Below are positions 38,297 through 50,200 of a DNA stretch of 64,000 nt, one piece after another. The DNA lies in the NCBI GenBank assembly GCA_002633005.1, contig NMRA01000115.1, positions 575,247-639,246 on the forward strand, written 5' to 3'. The notes beneath the pieces are model-generated. The model was given only the letters and a program-made list of their open reading frames with translations. It did no database searches and had not been told where the DNA came from. The translations under genes and the position numbers were made by a program. The stretch's first letter is position 1. Each line of letters begins with the position of its first letter. The stretch comes from Phoronis australis (taxonomy: Eukaryota; Animalia; Phoronida).

Positions 38297-38636
38297 GTAT
38301 AAATAATGCTCGATTAGGTGCCGCTTGTGTTAAAGTTCATCTGTCCAATCATAGCTAAGATGGATGCGTACATGTGATTGCGTACTGAGCAAAATAAGAG
38401 CAAAACGTTTCGCAGTGTTACGTGATATTAATTCATCTGTAGTAGATATTCAAATTTATCTTCATAAGGCACTTTTAAGATCCTGATTTCTTATTAGTTA
38501 TGACTTAGTGTACGACCTTTGATAAAATGGTCCCAGAAGTCACTAGATATCTTGGGATATTCGTTGGTGCAGGATATGGGATTTTTTGCCTAGAACGTGT
38601 AATAATAATCTGTGTATTGAAGAACATTAAAAGCCC

Positions 38637-38895
38637 TTTTTATGTGACCATAAAATACTGTACATATGTGGGTGCATATTGCTGTTATCTCTGTATGGGT
38701 GTCTGCTGCTGTATTTCCTAAACCTCTTGAAGGAACATAATGAGATTTTGCAGATGTGTTCCTATACAGCCAAAACCAGACGGTGACAAGTTTCGGACAG
38801 ATCTGACTGCCCCTTTGCCCCCTTGTGGCATTTTTAGTTTTTTACATTTGCCTCTGCATTCTTAGAGTTCCTTGGTGGATTTCATAAAATTTGAG
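38637..38895 (+). mobile_element. Truncated, diverged HINE copy in BAG2 intron 2
   Basis: TTTTATG...CATATGTGGGTGCAT...TTTCGGACAGATCTGACT..GCCCCCTTGTGGCATTTTTAG aligns by eye to the reverse complement of ~61000-61280. Confidence 0.7.
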
Positions 38896-40811
38896 TCTTT
38901 TTTAGTGTAAATTATCTCTCCAAACAAAAGGTATTAGTTTTGTGGTGTATTCTTGATTATGAAGTGTCTACAATTAATTTTTGAATGTTTGGTTAGAGGG
39001 GAAGAGGAGAAAGCGAGGGACAGACAAACTTACAAAAACATCAGCGATGAAATCAGCAGAACGAAAAATACGATGAATTTTGGTGTATTATTAAAAATGA
39101 TTGTGTTACCTTTCCCTCATACCGGTATAACCCTATGTTCTCCTCTCCCATAGTTCCCCCAGTTGATATTCCCCAGACTCGATGTTCTACATAGGTCAAC
39201 GTTGATTTCCATGCCCGCAGTCTTCATATTCTTCGGTCCCAACATTCCGCTTGCTCAAAATACCTGGGTACCAAATGTTCCCTCTTTCCGATGCCTCCCC
39301 GGTTTGATGTTAGCTACTTCTAGTGTCATTCCTGTTTTTTTTTATGCAGGAAAATCCAAAGTTTTTCATTAGTCATCTACTAAATCATGTAGCAAATTTC
39401 TCACGTTTTCTAATAGATGTGTATTCTGACCATATTGTTTGTTTGTGTTTTAAACAAAAACATCTGTCCCTGAGAAGCAACTGATATATGGTGAATATTC
39501 AATAACTGGACTTGAGCCTTGCTTCCATGAGTATGTAGTCCTTGTTTCCATTTAAGTGTGTAATACATATCACGTGATCTGAGATGCATATACAATTCAT
39601 GCATTGCAATAGCCAATGTTTCATTGTCAGTATGAAATGATCATGATTGTAGGAAAAAACACTTCATGGAGATTTAGGGACAACCCTTTTTTCATGAGGT
39701 GTGGCAATGAAGTCAATTTTATTTTTAGAAAACTTTGTTTTCCATTCAACCGAAGTCAAATCAATGTTGTAACGGATAAATACATTCTGAAATTAGATGA
39801 TTTAGTCAAAACCACAATGAGTAACAGTTTTCATTTAATTTGATAATTAAATAGCTGAACTGTTTTTTATCTTGAAATGTAATGGCTCACTTTTATTCTG
39901 GCATAAGTTAATAAATTAAAAATTCTCACAGTTTACCAAGTAACATAAATGTTGTATTGATGTAACGTAGGTGATTATGTGTTCTTAACTGGAAATCATG
40001 GAAAATATAAATGCAAAATAGTGTATCTTTATCACCATACTGTGTAATTATGTTTATGGTTTTTTGAGGAAAAGCAAGTGCATCCCAATTACACCTATGA
40101 AAGATTAGTTAATTTTTGTAAAAATTAACTTCAAAACATTACCAGTTTTGTATACATTTCTGTACAGTTTATAACTTGAAAAGTAGTAAAACATGTTTGG
40201 AATGGTAGTTCCAAATTTCACCACCAGGCAATCTCATAAATTCTGAAATTTGTCGTAAATTCTCCATTTAAAAGAGTGTATGTTTTTATGACTCATAATA
40301 ACGGAACCTCTAGAAATATTATTTGTAATATTATCCCTTATGGACAAATTTTAATGCTTTGAAATGTGTTCTTTGTCCAATTTGCTGAATTACCGAAATA
40401 TTGATGTCAAATTTCATGAAAATGTGCAAGTCTAAACACAGGGACTTTCTGTTTTCATAAAGTACTATACTTTTTTATACATTTATTGGCAATGAGAAAA
40501 ACATTACGATATCAAAGATACCAAAATAAAATTGACCTGCAAAAGTGTTCACGAAAATGGTTTTACAAACCTTCTACGGGTACGGCACACGGCTTGGTTA
40601 GCAAAATTTGTACAATAGTGTACAGCCCTATGTGAGCCTTTCATATATAATGTTAGATTTTGTAGCTGTTCAAAAGATTATCCGAAATCAGCTAGCCCAT
40701 AATCTTTTGTCGACTTCAAAACCATCATTTCTGGCCTAGGGGATTCTTGTTTTGGGGTCAGATATGCTAAAGAATTTTTTGGAGTCTAAAAGGTAATTTT
40801 TAATCTGACAG

Positions 40812-41158
40812 GGGCCCGTGAGGATATCATGGTGAATTCTGAGAGGCTGATTTGCCGTTGTTTAACTGTTGAAGTGGACGTCATCACCCCGAGAGATGCG
40901 CAACAGGAAGCAGCTTTAAGAACGGTGCAGTCGTTCATCAACACTCTCGAGATACAGATTAAGAGCCACCTGGAGGAGAGTCACAGAAACCTGACATTGT
41001 TTTTGAATGCCTGCCTGGACACAGATGGTGCAGTTCACCAAGACTTTCAGAAAGCGCTTCTGTCCTGTACAGCAGATGACCAGAAGAAAGTCAGGACAAA
41101 ACTACAGCTCTGGGACACAGCCTTGAAGCAGTCGAAAGGCAGATTTCAAATGTTGTGA
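40812..41158 (+). CDS. BAG2: BAG2 coding exon 3 (BNB domain); 184 aa in total
   Basis: GACAG| acceptor; GAREDIMVNSERLICRCLTVEVDVITPRDAQQ...FLNAC...DFQKALLSCTADDQKKVR matches BAG2. Exon lengths 37+171+347 = 555 nt, in frame. Confidence 0.92.
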
Positions 41159-41206
41159 CAATTGAGTGGGAAATTGTATCTATCACCGACAGAAGGTCAA
41201 GGCCAA

Positions 41207-41478
41207 GTCTGTTTCACAAAAAGTGACTTAAGACTGGAATTTGGTCTTACACTTGGACTTCACAATTACTGAATAAAGGTTTAGACATGTAATTATTAGT
41301 TCATCACAACCTAGAAATTACAATTTGAGCTTAGTAACCATCTGATGTGGGTATTCTGAGAGACTTATACTTTTGGTAAAGTGAGATTTATTAATTACTT
41401 TTCAAACAAAAAAGTTTTGTGGAGTACAAGACCAAATTTCTGACTCAAGTCTTAATTCACTTTTCACGAAACAAACCA
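41207..41478. mobile_element. Harbinger-like MITE in the BAG2 3' region
   Basis: GTTTCACAAAAAGTGACTTAAGACT / AGTCTTAATTCACTTTTCACGAAAC inverted ends; a related end lies at ~23075-23130. Confidence 0.7.
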
Positions 41479-44030
41479 CAGGACAAGTCTGGTGATAGAA
41501 AGCGGAATCAATCGAGACTGATTACTGATGGTTTGCACTGAATATATTGCTACTGTGTGGATGGCATGATTGCGTTTTCAAAAACTTGAAGATGCACCAT
41601 TGTTTTGTCTGCTTAGTTTAAACTTATGCAGTCTTCATTGTAGCAATCATAGATTTGAGTCTAAATTTCTTCAATTCTAAATTTCTTCAGTAGGACAGTT
41701 TTCCTGACTTCTATGACCAATGATGAAGATATACCCGTTGTCTTTTATGTTTTATATTTCTGCTTCTCATTGAGTTAATGTATTAGATGTTTCTTTTATT
41801 CCCCTTCACAGTCATACTTTTTCTTCTTTCTTTTCCATTAAACCTCCATAAATGGAATTTAAATTTTAATCAAACAATGCTCTTTCAACTCTTAATCAGA
41901 AATGTTTTCGAAATAGGTTTTGAATTTCTGGTGGAGCACCGACAGAATGACTGCATAAGTTAAATAGCATCTAACTCACTTTTTATTTACATTCCAACCT
42001 GGTGAAAATACAGGGAATAGTGTCTTCAGGAAGAACCTTTTGCTCAGTGTTATTGGAGGTATTAAGGCCTTAGCATTACTGACTGAGACCTGGCAGGTTT
42101 TCTGATTTCCAATATTGGACTGCAAAACAAGATGGTCCAGTCAGCTGCCTTTTGTTTAGCGCATATCATAGTACTGTAAATCTCTCATCAGTCAGAGGTA
42201 CGAATGGACTGTAAATTTTATCTGAGTGTAAAGTGAAATCTGACTTATTTGAAGGACCAAATACGCACCCTAGAACAAAGATACCCTGACAGAAATGTGA
42301 CAGAGTTGAGGAAAACATGATATTAATACCAGGTATTCATTGCTGTACTACTTTCATTTTTTTAAATCATGAGGTAACTTGGTACCCTGTTTTGAATGTT
42401 TACTTCATAAAGTTAACGTATCCAGGTAAGCCAAACTACATTTATGATTTTCCCAATCAGGTCTGATGAAATCAGCTAATGGGTGCCTATTTTGTTAATT
42501 TGGTATTTGTTAATGACTCTAATTTAGAATATTTTACTCACAGTGAAACTGTGTTAAAAGGTGTGTGCTTTTGCTCACTCATATAACATTTTATTCTGTC
42601 AGTCCCAAGGGAACTGTTTTGTACAGATAATTCCATTTGGATTGCACTTTTATAATAAAAAAAAACTTTTAGAACGTCCCATGAGGTTTGCTGTAACCAT
42701 AGCAACAATACTGTCAAAAATGTTCATATTTTTATGTGAGACTGCAGCCTTAAAGAGACCCAAAACTGGTAACCTTAAACTTTTGTATAACAAGTTTGAC
42801 ACCAGTTGTCTATAGCTGCAGGCCAGGGAGTAATGACAAGAGTCTTGTGACGTCAGGACCTAATCTCCCAATTCAGACTCAACTTGGAGTAGTAACTGAT
42901 TTAACTAATCCTATTGTATAGTTCCAGTACGGATTTGTAAGTTTACTCGAACTGTGCCATGCAATTGGTCAATTTATTGTAATTGTTTAAGAAGACCGAT
43001 TACTTTGTTGCCTTTGGTAACTTTGCCTGTAGAAGTTAAGTTACTAATGGTGGACTAAAAACTTCATTTTTTATAAATTTCGTAAAATTATTTCTTCATT
43101 GGCACATTGTGTGCTAAACAGGTGAAGAATTGCCGTATGCGGACGTTTTTCCGAAAGCTGTGGTTGAACTGCCCCTCTCACACTCTTAATCCTCGGGTGA
43201 GAACAAAAGGAAGAAATTACAGTGGTAACTGATGTTACCAAACGTTGAAAAATTCATAAGACAAGTTTACAGCTATTTAGCAGTTTGGCTGTGTAGGCTT
43301 CGTCCATCCATACGCATAGTAGCAGAGACTATTAAGGCCACGACAGTTTAATTTTATTACAAGGTGACTGACTAGTCGCCAAGCATGTCTTCAAGAAATA
43401 AACTATCAGTATATAAAAGGGGAGACATTTGATACATAGTTCCTAATCTTTTCCCTGGCTCAAAACCATAAAGTTGCATCATTAATCTTAAAAAACAACC
43501 CATTTAACACGGTTTCAACACAATTTCTTACTAGATAATAATTCTTGCATTGTGACACCATAACCAACAGAGTAGCGATCGACATGACTCAGCAATCGAA
43601 TTTCGTAAAGCCAAGTTGGAATCTAACTTTACCGAGAAAGAGTGTTGTCGAAGTCCTTGACAGTCACTTCCATTGGCCAGATGACAAAATAATTTTTATG
43701 AACACTCATTGACAAGTAAACCCGGTATCATGTAATACGCACTACATCGCTTAACTTGCAGTTGCATAACTCGAGGACAGTCTGCAATAGCCGTCACCTT
43801 CTCTACGGTTCCGATTACTGCAATGCACGCCCACACTAGGCATAGAGCGTCCCTTATATAGCTCGTCTATCACTGTTACCATAACACCGAAGTTAAACAA
43901 GTCCGTAGATTAACAACCCAACACCCTCTTAGTCATTGGCCTCGAAAAACGACACCGGAGATAGAAAATGGCTGAAATCAGAACACAAGAAGTCACATTA
44001 GCACCATCAGCAGTCAAAATGGCCAAAAGC

Positions 44031-46586
44031 CTATTCATGATAAGTAGTCACGTGACAAGAAGTCGCATGACAACGGTCCCCAAGGACAGAATTCATGTAA
44101 TCGACAATCCCATGACCAGTGGTTATCTGGTCCGTGGTTGTCTGAATGCTTTTTCCCGGGGCAGGCTGGCTGAAAAGTTCCACATCTGTGCTGATGGCGG
44201 CAGAGCTGGTCTCAGGATTGGGAGGTCTACCATGCTTCCTCTGAGTATGTCGTCTCAGTCCACCACGGGAAATAAACCAATGACCGCATGTCAGACACTG
44301 GTACCGATGAATGCCTGTGTGGTTAGTCATGTGTCGTTTAAACTGATCCCGACTCTGTAAAATTCTTCCACACACCGAACAGTAAGCAGGAAACAATCCG
44401 TCTCTCGTTGCCTTGTGAACTGTTTTGTTGTGTTGAACGAAGAGTGCAACCGACACAAAGCTAATGTTGGGACATAAGTGACACCGCAACAGTCTTTCTT
44501 TAGGTATGGCAATTACTGAATTTGGAGATGAAAATTTCAAAGCGGCGCTGTCGTCGGCAGTGGAGTGTTCACCCACAACAGTTGTTGACTTTTTCTTATT
44601 GTAAATGCTCTCAGGCATCAGCTTGTCAGCAGTGGAATTCACCTTCTCAGTTGTTGCAGTTGTATCCACTCCCTCACTGGCGGAACTCTCACCCACAGCC
44701 AGATCAGATTCCTTCCCTTCAGTTCTTGAACTCTTCTTCCTCCTAATATTCTCAAATCTGTCAGCAGGAGGATCCATCTTTTCAACAGCGACACTTACCC
44801 CCACTGCGTCACTGACGGCGCCCTCGTCTAAAGCGAGTTCAAGCATAAACTCTCCAGTCCATGAGCTGCCCTTGATGTTAACGATGTCACACCAGTCAAC
44901 AGCAGGAGACATCCTTCTAACAGTGTCAGTAACCCTTGCTGCCTCACTAACGGCACCCTCACCCACGGTGAGGTCAGGATTACACTCTTCAGTCCTTGAG
45001 CTGTCCTTGCAGGCAACAATCTCACACATGTCTGCAGCAGGATCTATCCTTCCAACAGTCTCAGTCACCCCTGCTGCCTCTCTGACGGCAAACTCGCCCA
45101 CAGTGAGGTCAGGATAGCACTCCTCAGTCCTTGAGGTCTCCTTGCTGGTAACGATCGCACACCTGTCACCAGCAGGATCCGTCCTTCCAACACCACCACT
45201 TAACCCCACTGCATCACTGGCACTGGCACAATTCTTATCCAAACCGGGGTCTGATTTTTCAACTTTGACATACTTCACATTATCAACACACTTGTGTTTC
45301 AGTCCCGCCTTTCGTGTTGTGAACAACGCTAGACACAAAGGGCAGCGGTACTGTACCTCTCTCCTCAGCTTTGTGGGCAAACCCTGCTGACAGATATATT
45401 TATGCTTCACCAGACTATTGCGCCACGGGAAACGCATATGACACACTTTACACGCGAATTTCCACAGTTCTTGTGGTTCATGCATCTGCCTGTGCAGCTT
45501 CAAGTAATAGTTCGTAGTAACAAATATGCCGCACTGGTCACAGCGGTACTGCTGCTGAGGCTCGTGCGCACGCATGTGCACGCTGAGGTAGCGCTAACTA
45601 CAAAACTGCTGACCGCATCGCTTGCACGTGAAGAAGTCCTGCAAATTTGTGTGAGACCACTCATGCTCCCACATCTGGAACTTTTCATGGTTACCACGTG
45701 ACTGCTCATTATCGTACTGATAGTATCGGCCCTTCTTTGCCTGCTTATCTTCACAGATCACTTTAATGTCACCCCTTTTTTCACCACTCGCCCATTTGTT
45801 CTCATTCTTGTCTTTCTTACTTTCATTTCCTGAGCCACCTTCGCCTGTTAGCAAACCATCAACTCCCGAACTACACCCCTCAGACTCCGTCTTCGAAGGG
45901 TTTTTGTCTTGACTGTCAGTGCTTGCCTGACAATTCGTCAACTTTGATGTGACCATCTGTTTCGGCTCGCTGCTGTCATCAAAACCACACACTCTTTCCT
46001 CAGCAAGCGAATCAAACACAGGCAACGAATACGTTGGTGAGGACGCGATCGCCAAGTTTGCAAAGAGAGACACTGGTAGAGGCTTCGTTTTGGCGCATAC
46101 AGTACTGGCAGACGTGTGTCCCTGTTTCATTGCCTCCTTGCGCTGCTTCTTCACAACGGGCTCTAGCGAGAAACGCTGTTCGGGCTGTCTCACAGCAGCA
46201 CCAGTGGTGTGGTGAATATGCGCATGATCCCATAAAGTCTTTGTGGAATCACATAATTTGCTGCAACTGTCACAAGGACAGACCTCAACTGTGAGCTCTT
46301 GACTCAGTCTTGGCGTCACATAAGAATGATCACGCAGGGTGTTATCACTGGTGATCAAACGTTCAACATCCACTAAACCCAACTCTGTCTCGTCAGGAGT
46401 TGCACCGCTACTCCTCATCACTCCCGCAGCTCCAGAGAGACTTCTCAGACTGCCTATCACAAGCGGGAGACCATTCATACTAGCCGCGGGAGGGAATGTT
46501 GTCACAGACTGCTCTCGTTCACCACGCTGTTGAGCTATTCCTGTTGAAACAGGAGTGCACTTGCCAAGGTTCTTGGAGTCTTTAAC
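44031..46586 (-). pseudogene. C2H2 zinc-finger gene (~8 fingers), large terminal exon interrupted by one in-frame TAG
   Basis: Phase-0 acceptor TTTTCAG| at 46587. ORFs 45594-46505 and 44031-45581 are in the same frame, joined as CKRCGQQFCS*RYLSVHMRAH. Could be a pseudogene, a null allele or a base error. Confidence 0.8.
44620..45220 (-). repeat. Coding 135-bp (45-aa) tandem repeat, ~4.3 copies
   Basis: VGRxDPAxDxCxIVxxKxSSRTEECxPDLTVGExAVxEAAxVTxT units; GCAGGATC anchors at 45037 and 45172 are 135 bp apart. Confidence 0.9.
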
Positions 46587-47080
46587 CTGAAAAATATTGT
46601 TTTAGTACATAAAAACCTTTGAACGGATTGGAACATTTAACGTTCATAGGCCATTCTAGACAGAGAGGTGCTGAAATTACGTTACGATCCATTAGAATCA
46701 TACCCCGTTCCGTGCAGCAAGAATCAAAAGCACCAGCCCATGATGGCATTATCATGAACATTATTCCTTCTACTGATGGGGAACATGGCAATTATCACAT
46801 CACCAATGGCACATTGGAGAGAACAAAAAACATCTGAGGATGCTATTAGCACTCGGCAATTACAATCGTAACTATAGACTTTCTTTATTTACAAACCGTT
46901 CTGTTGTGACACATATTGTCGTTCGGGTGACAATATACGCTGTAAACAGCATGCCCGTACCCGAGGGAGGGAGAGCGACGGGCGAGTACGTCCTCCCCCA
47001 CCGCGATTTGGGGACCAGCTGCGCAAGTCGAATTTATGGCATATTAGACATAATAAACAATTCATGATTCTCGACAACAC

Positions 47081-47290
47081 CCCAACAGGCATTTCTACGT
47101 TAAATCAACGTTGAAAATAACGCCACACACCATGTTGCGACGACGTTGGATTTAAGTGAAAATGAAAGGTTTTTCAACGTGATGAAATCCGATGTCTATC
47201 CAACGTCAGTATCAGACGTCGCTATACAGCCGTTTCTCGAACGTTGAAAAGACTTCAGCTCGTCACGTTGCGGCGACGTTGGATTACACA
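47081..47290. mobile_element. EnSpm/CACTA-like end fragment with AACGTT subterminal repeats
   Basis: CCCAACAGGCAT start followed by many CAACGT/ACGTTG motifs. Confidence 0.5.
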
Positions 47291-50200
47291 CTTGATTGAT
47301 AAAATCCTCTGCAATTTAATTTTTCCACACCCTTGGAAACACAGCGAAAATGCAAACTTTTTTATTGTCTATATTTTCACAGTCAAATTTAAGATAAGAA
47401 AGTTTGTAATTTGGACTAAACTTTTTGTCTATCAGCTAGTGATTGGGGCTATTTGGAAAATCTTCAATAACTAGAGGGCGTGCGTGTACTAGTGGTGATA
47501 GATTAACAGCCTCGATTTCGCGAGCCCTTTAAATACATGTTGAAATGGCTTGCAGCCGTGCCAACTGAATCTGAGATTGCGTAAAAAGGGTGCTTCTAAG
47601 AGACGAAGTAAGCACGACCTCATACAAAGGTAAGGTTTGTGATTATTTTTACGATTATTCAATGATTATTCTACTGATGTCTGTTGACTGAGGCACTCGC
47701 CGATGTCGACTTCGCGGCAGTCAGTCGCCAGCCAGAGTCTGGTTAATCTTTGTATGTTGTGATATGTGATACGATACTTGACGTAGTAATCGGGATCTTT
47801 TCGTACATCAAAGCATTATTATTGTTTGGAATGATTTCTAAAAGTTTATCAGTGGTTATCTCTTCCTGGTGACAGTTACATCAATCAATGCTGAATGTTT
47901 ATGCTGTCAACTCGATACAGGTTAATGAAGATTACAATCCAATCCCAATGGCAAAGGGTACGTGAGTGATAAATATCCATTGCATTAGACTATTTGTTAA
48001 CTTCCTATCATATGTCTTCTGGAAATCTATTACACGTTGAAATGGAAATCTATCACGTCAGTTTTCACGTAACCTTTGGTTTTTAGGTTTGAAGGCTTGT
48101 ACCGTGCAGAGGAGATATGCATCGCTTCTGCACCGTCCCTGAATGGACAAAAATTGGTTTTTAGCATTTGACTGCAGCTAACCAACAAGATCTTCCCATC
48201 CAGTGCAGATCTGTTGTCAAAGCCTACTTTCAATATTGGAGACAACGAACAAAGCCTTTGAAAAGGAACAGCTATTTTTAAAGTCATTTTGTTAAATTAC
48301 TTATTCAGGTCCCGAGGGGGGATTGGCATGGGGGGTTGTAATATTTGGTACAACTGAATGTGTGGAAATAACAGGTAATACATGTTTGGGGAAAAGAGCA
48401 TGGTGAGGTAATTCTTAACCTTCACGAAGTCCCTTCAAGTTGATTTCATGAAACTGTTTTGCTACTTGTATCAATTGTAAAACCACGAAAATATATTACA
48501 TTTTCCGAATTCACAGTGACTGAATAGTCTTAACTCATGCCTTGAAATGTTGCAAGTCGTTATAAATTCAAATGACTGCCATTTTTGTGAAAATTGCATT
48601 TTTGATGGTGCCTTACGATTTGTAATTACTCTTAAACAACAGAAAGATTATCCATCATTTTTAAATGACCCAAGTCTTCATATCTTCTATTAGAAGAAAA
48701 ACGGTTCCCTCAACCTTAGGCTAGAAGTATGCTTGACAGACCCATGAACCTGTAATCTGAGTTTAAAATTGCTGAAAGTATCAAAATTAAAAAGGCTTGA
48801 AAATGGGTAACAAAGGTTTGAAGTTGTCTCAAAAAACTTGTATATTTTACAGACAAGTGATGCGTTTAAAGAATTGTTATGGCTAGGGATAAAAAATAAA
48901 GACACAGTTTTATGCAATACTCATTATATACACCCTTGGTTTCTGAAAATAGTAATTATTTACTTTTATGTGAAACTGTAGACCAATCACCATATATTTT
49001 TGAAAAACAGGGATAACATTTTTGATCCAATCTGGAGTACTTAATTATTCATATTTCAATATTTGTTCCAGGTTCAGTGACATTTTAAGGCCACTTCAAG
49101 CTGTATCATAGACAAGCTTTGTTACTCCGTTCTCTTCCCACAGCACTTCCACACACCAGCAGTGCTGCATGGCACAATGTGCAAGTCAGTGGCCCTGGAG
49201 AAATGTGAATCGCAGTACTAAGTTACCATAAGACAATGTGCCAGTGGAGTGTCTGTGTATCCAGACGAACTATATCTGACTGCTACACAAATAAGCCTTG
49301 TTGGTGAGGATGCCCTTTCATAGGCAATGAGTCATGTGTGGACAATAGCTTATTTCCTTTCCTGGAAGAAACATGAGGGACTGAAGCTAAAGAAGACCTA
49401 GTCACACTCTGGTCTAGTTCAGAGTCTGATTTTGGGCTCAAAACGATTCAAGTGATATGCTGCTGTGTTTACCTTCAAGGGTCTAATTGTGGATGTTATT
49501 GAGGCTGAATGAGGTTACATGAAAGAAAGCCACGTGTTGAAACTGGACCTTTTTTACAAGCGCTTCTATAGGCCATTGAAACTAGAACCCAGTGAAATGA
49601 AAGCCAAAAGCTGAGTGACATTAAATTTTCCTTTCAGAAGAAAGGCTTTATACTATTGGTAAAAACTTTTCAATTTGGTACAGATTATGGGGAAATGACA
49701 TTCAGTGACTGCATCGATTGTCTTATTGTATGTTTTCAATTGTAGCTAGCTGGATAAGAATCTGCTATGCACAAGATTCGAGAATAAACAATTATCAGTG
49801 TATTTAAAAACAAATGGCAAACTGAAAAAGCACAGAAAGAAACAACATTGCGAGGGAGTCCATAATCAGGCATATCAGGTGCTGAATTTCTGAATTACGT
49901 TCAATTCTCTCAGGTTATTGCTGAAGGATTGCTTTTCACTTTGTCCAACGGTGAAATAGATGGTCAGGCGGTTGGTTTCAGTTGTTTTTTCTTGCCTGTA
50001 ACAGAATAGAAATATTAGCAAATTGTAAAAGAAAAGACAAGACAAAACTACTTTTGTAAGGCAGAACATACTTGACATTTCATCTTCATGTTTATGTGTA
50101 GAAACTAATAACCTTTGTACCCAAGTCTTATTTAATATCTGAATTAAAATATGTGAAACAGGCTAAAAGTGATTTAACAATGTGTATTTTTCATGACACT

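Noticed and set aside
43968-46533. Several plus-strand ORFs opposite the ZF exons (also at 54350-56418)
   Set aside because: Antisense shadows of real coding sequence.
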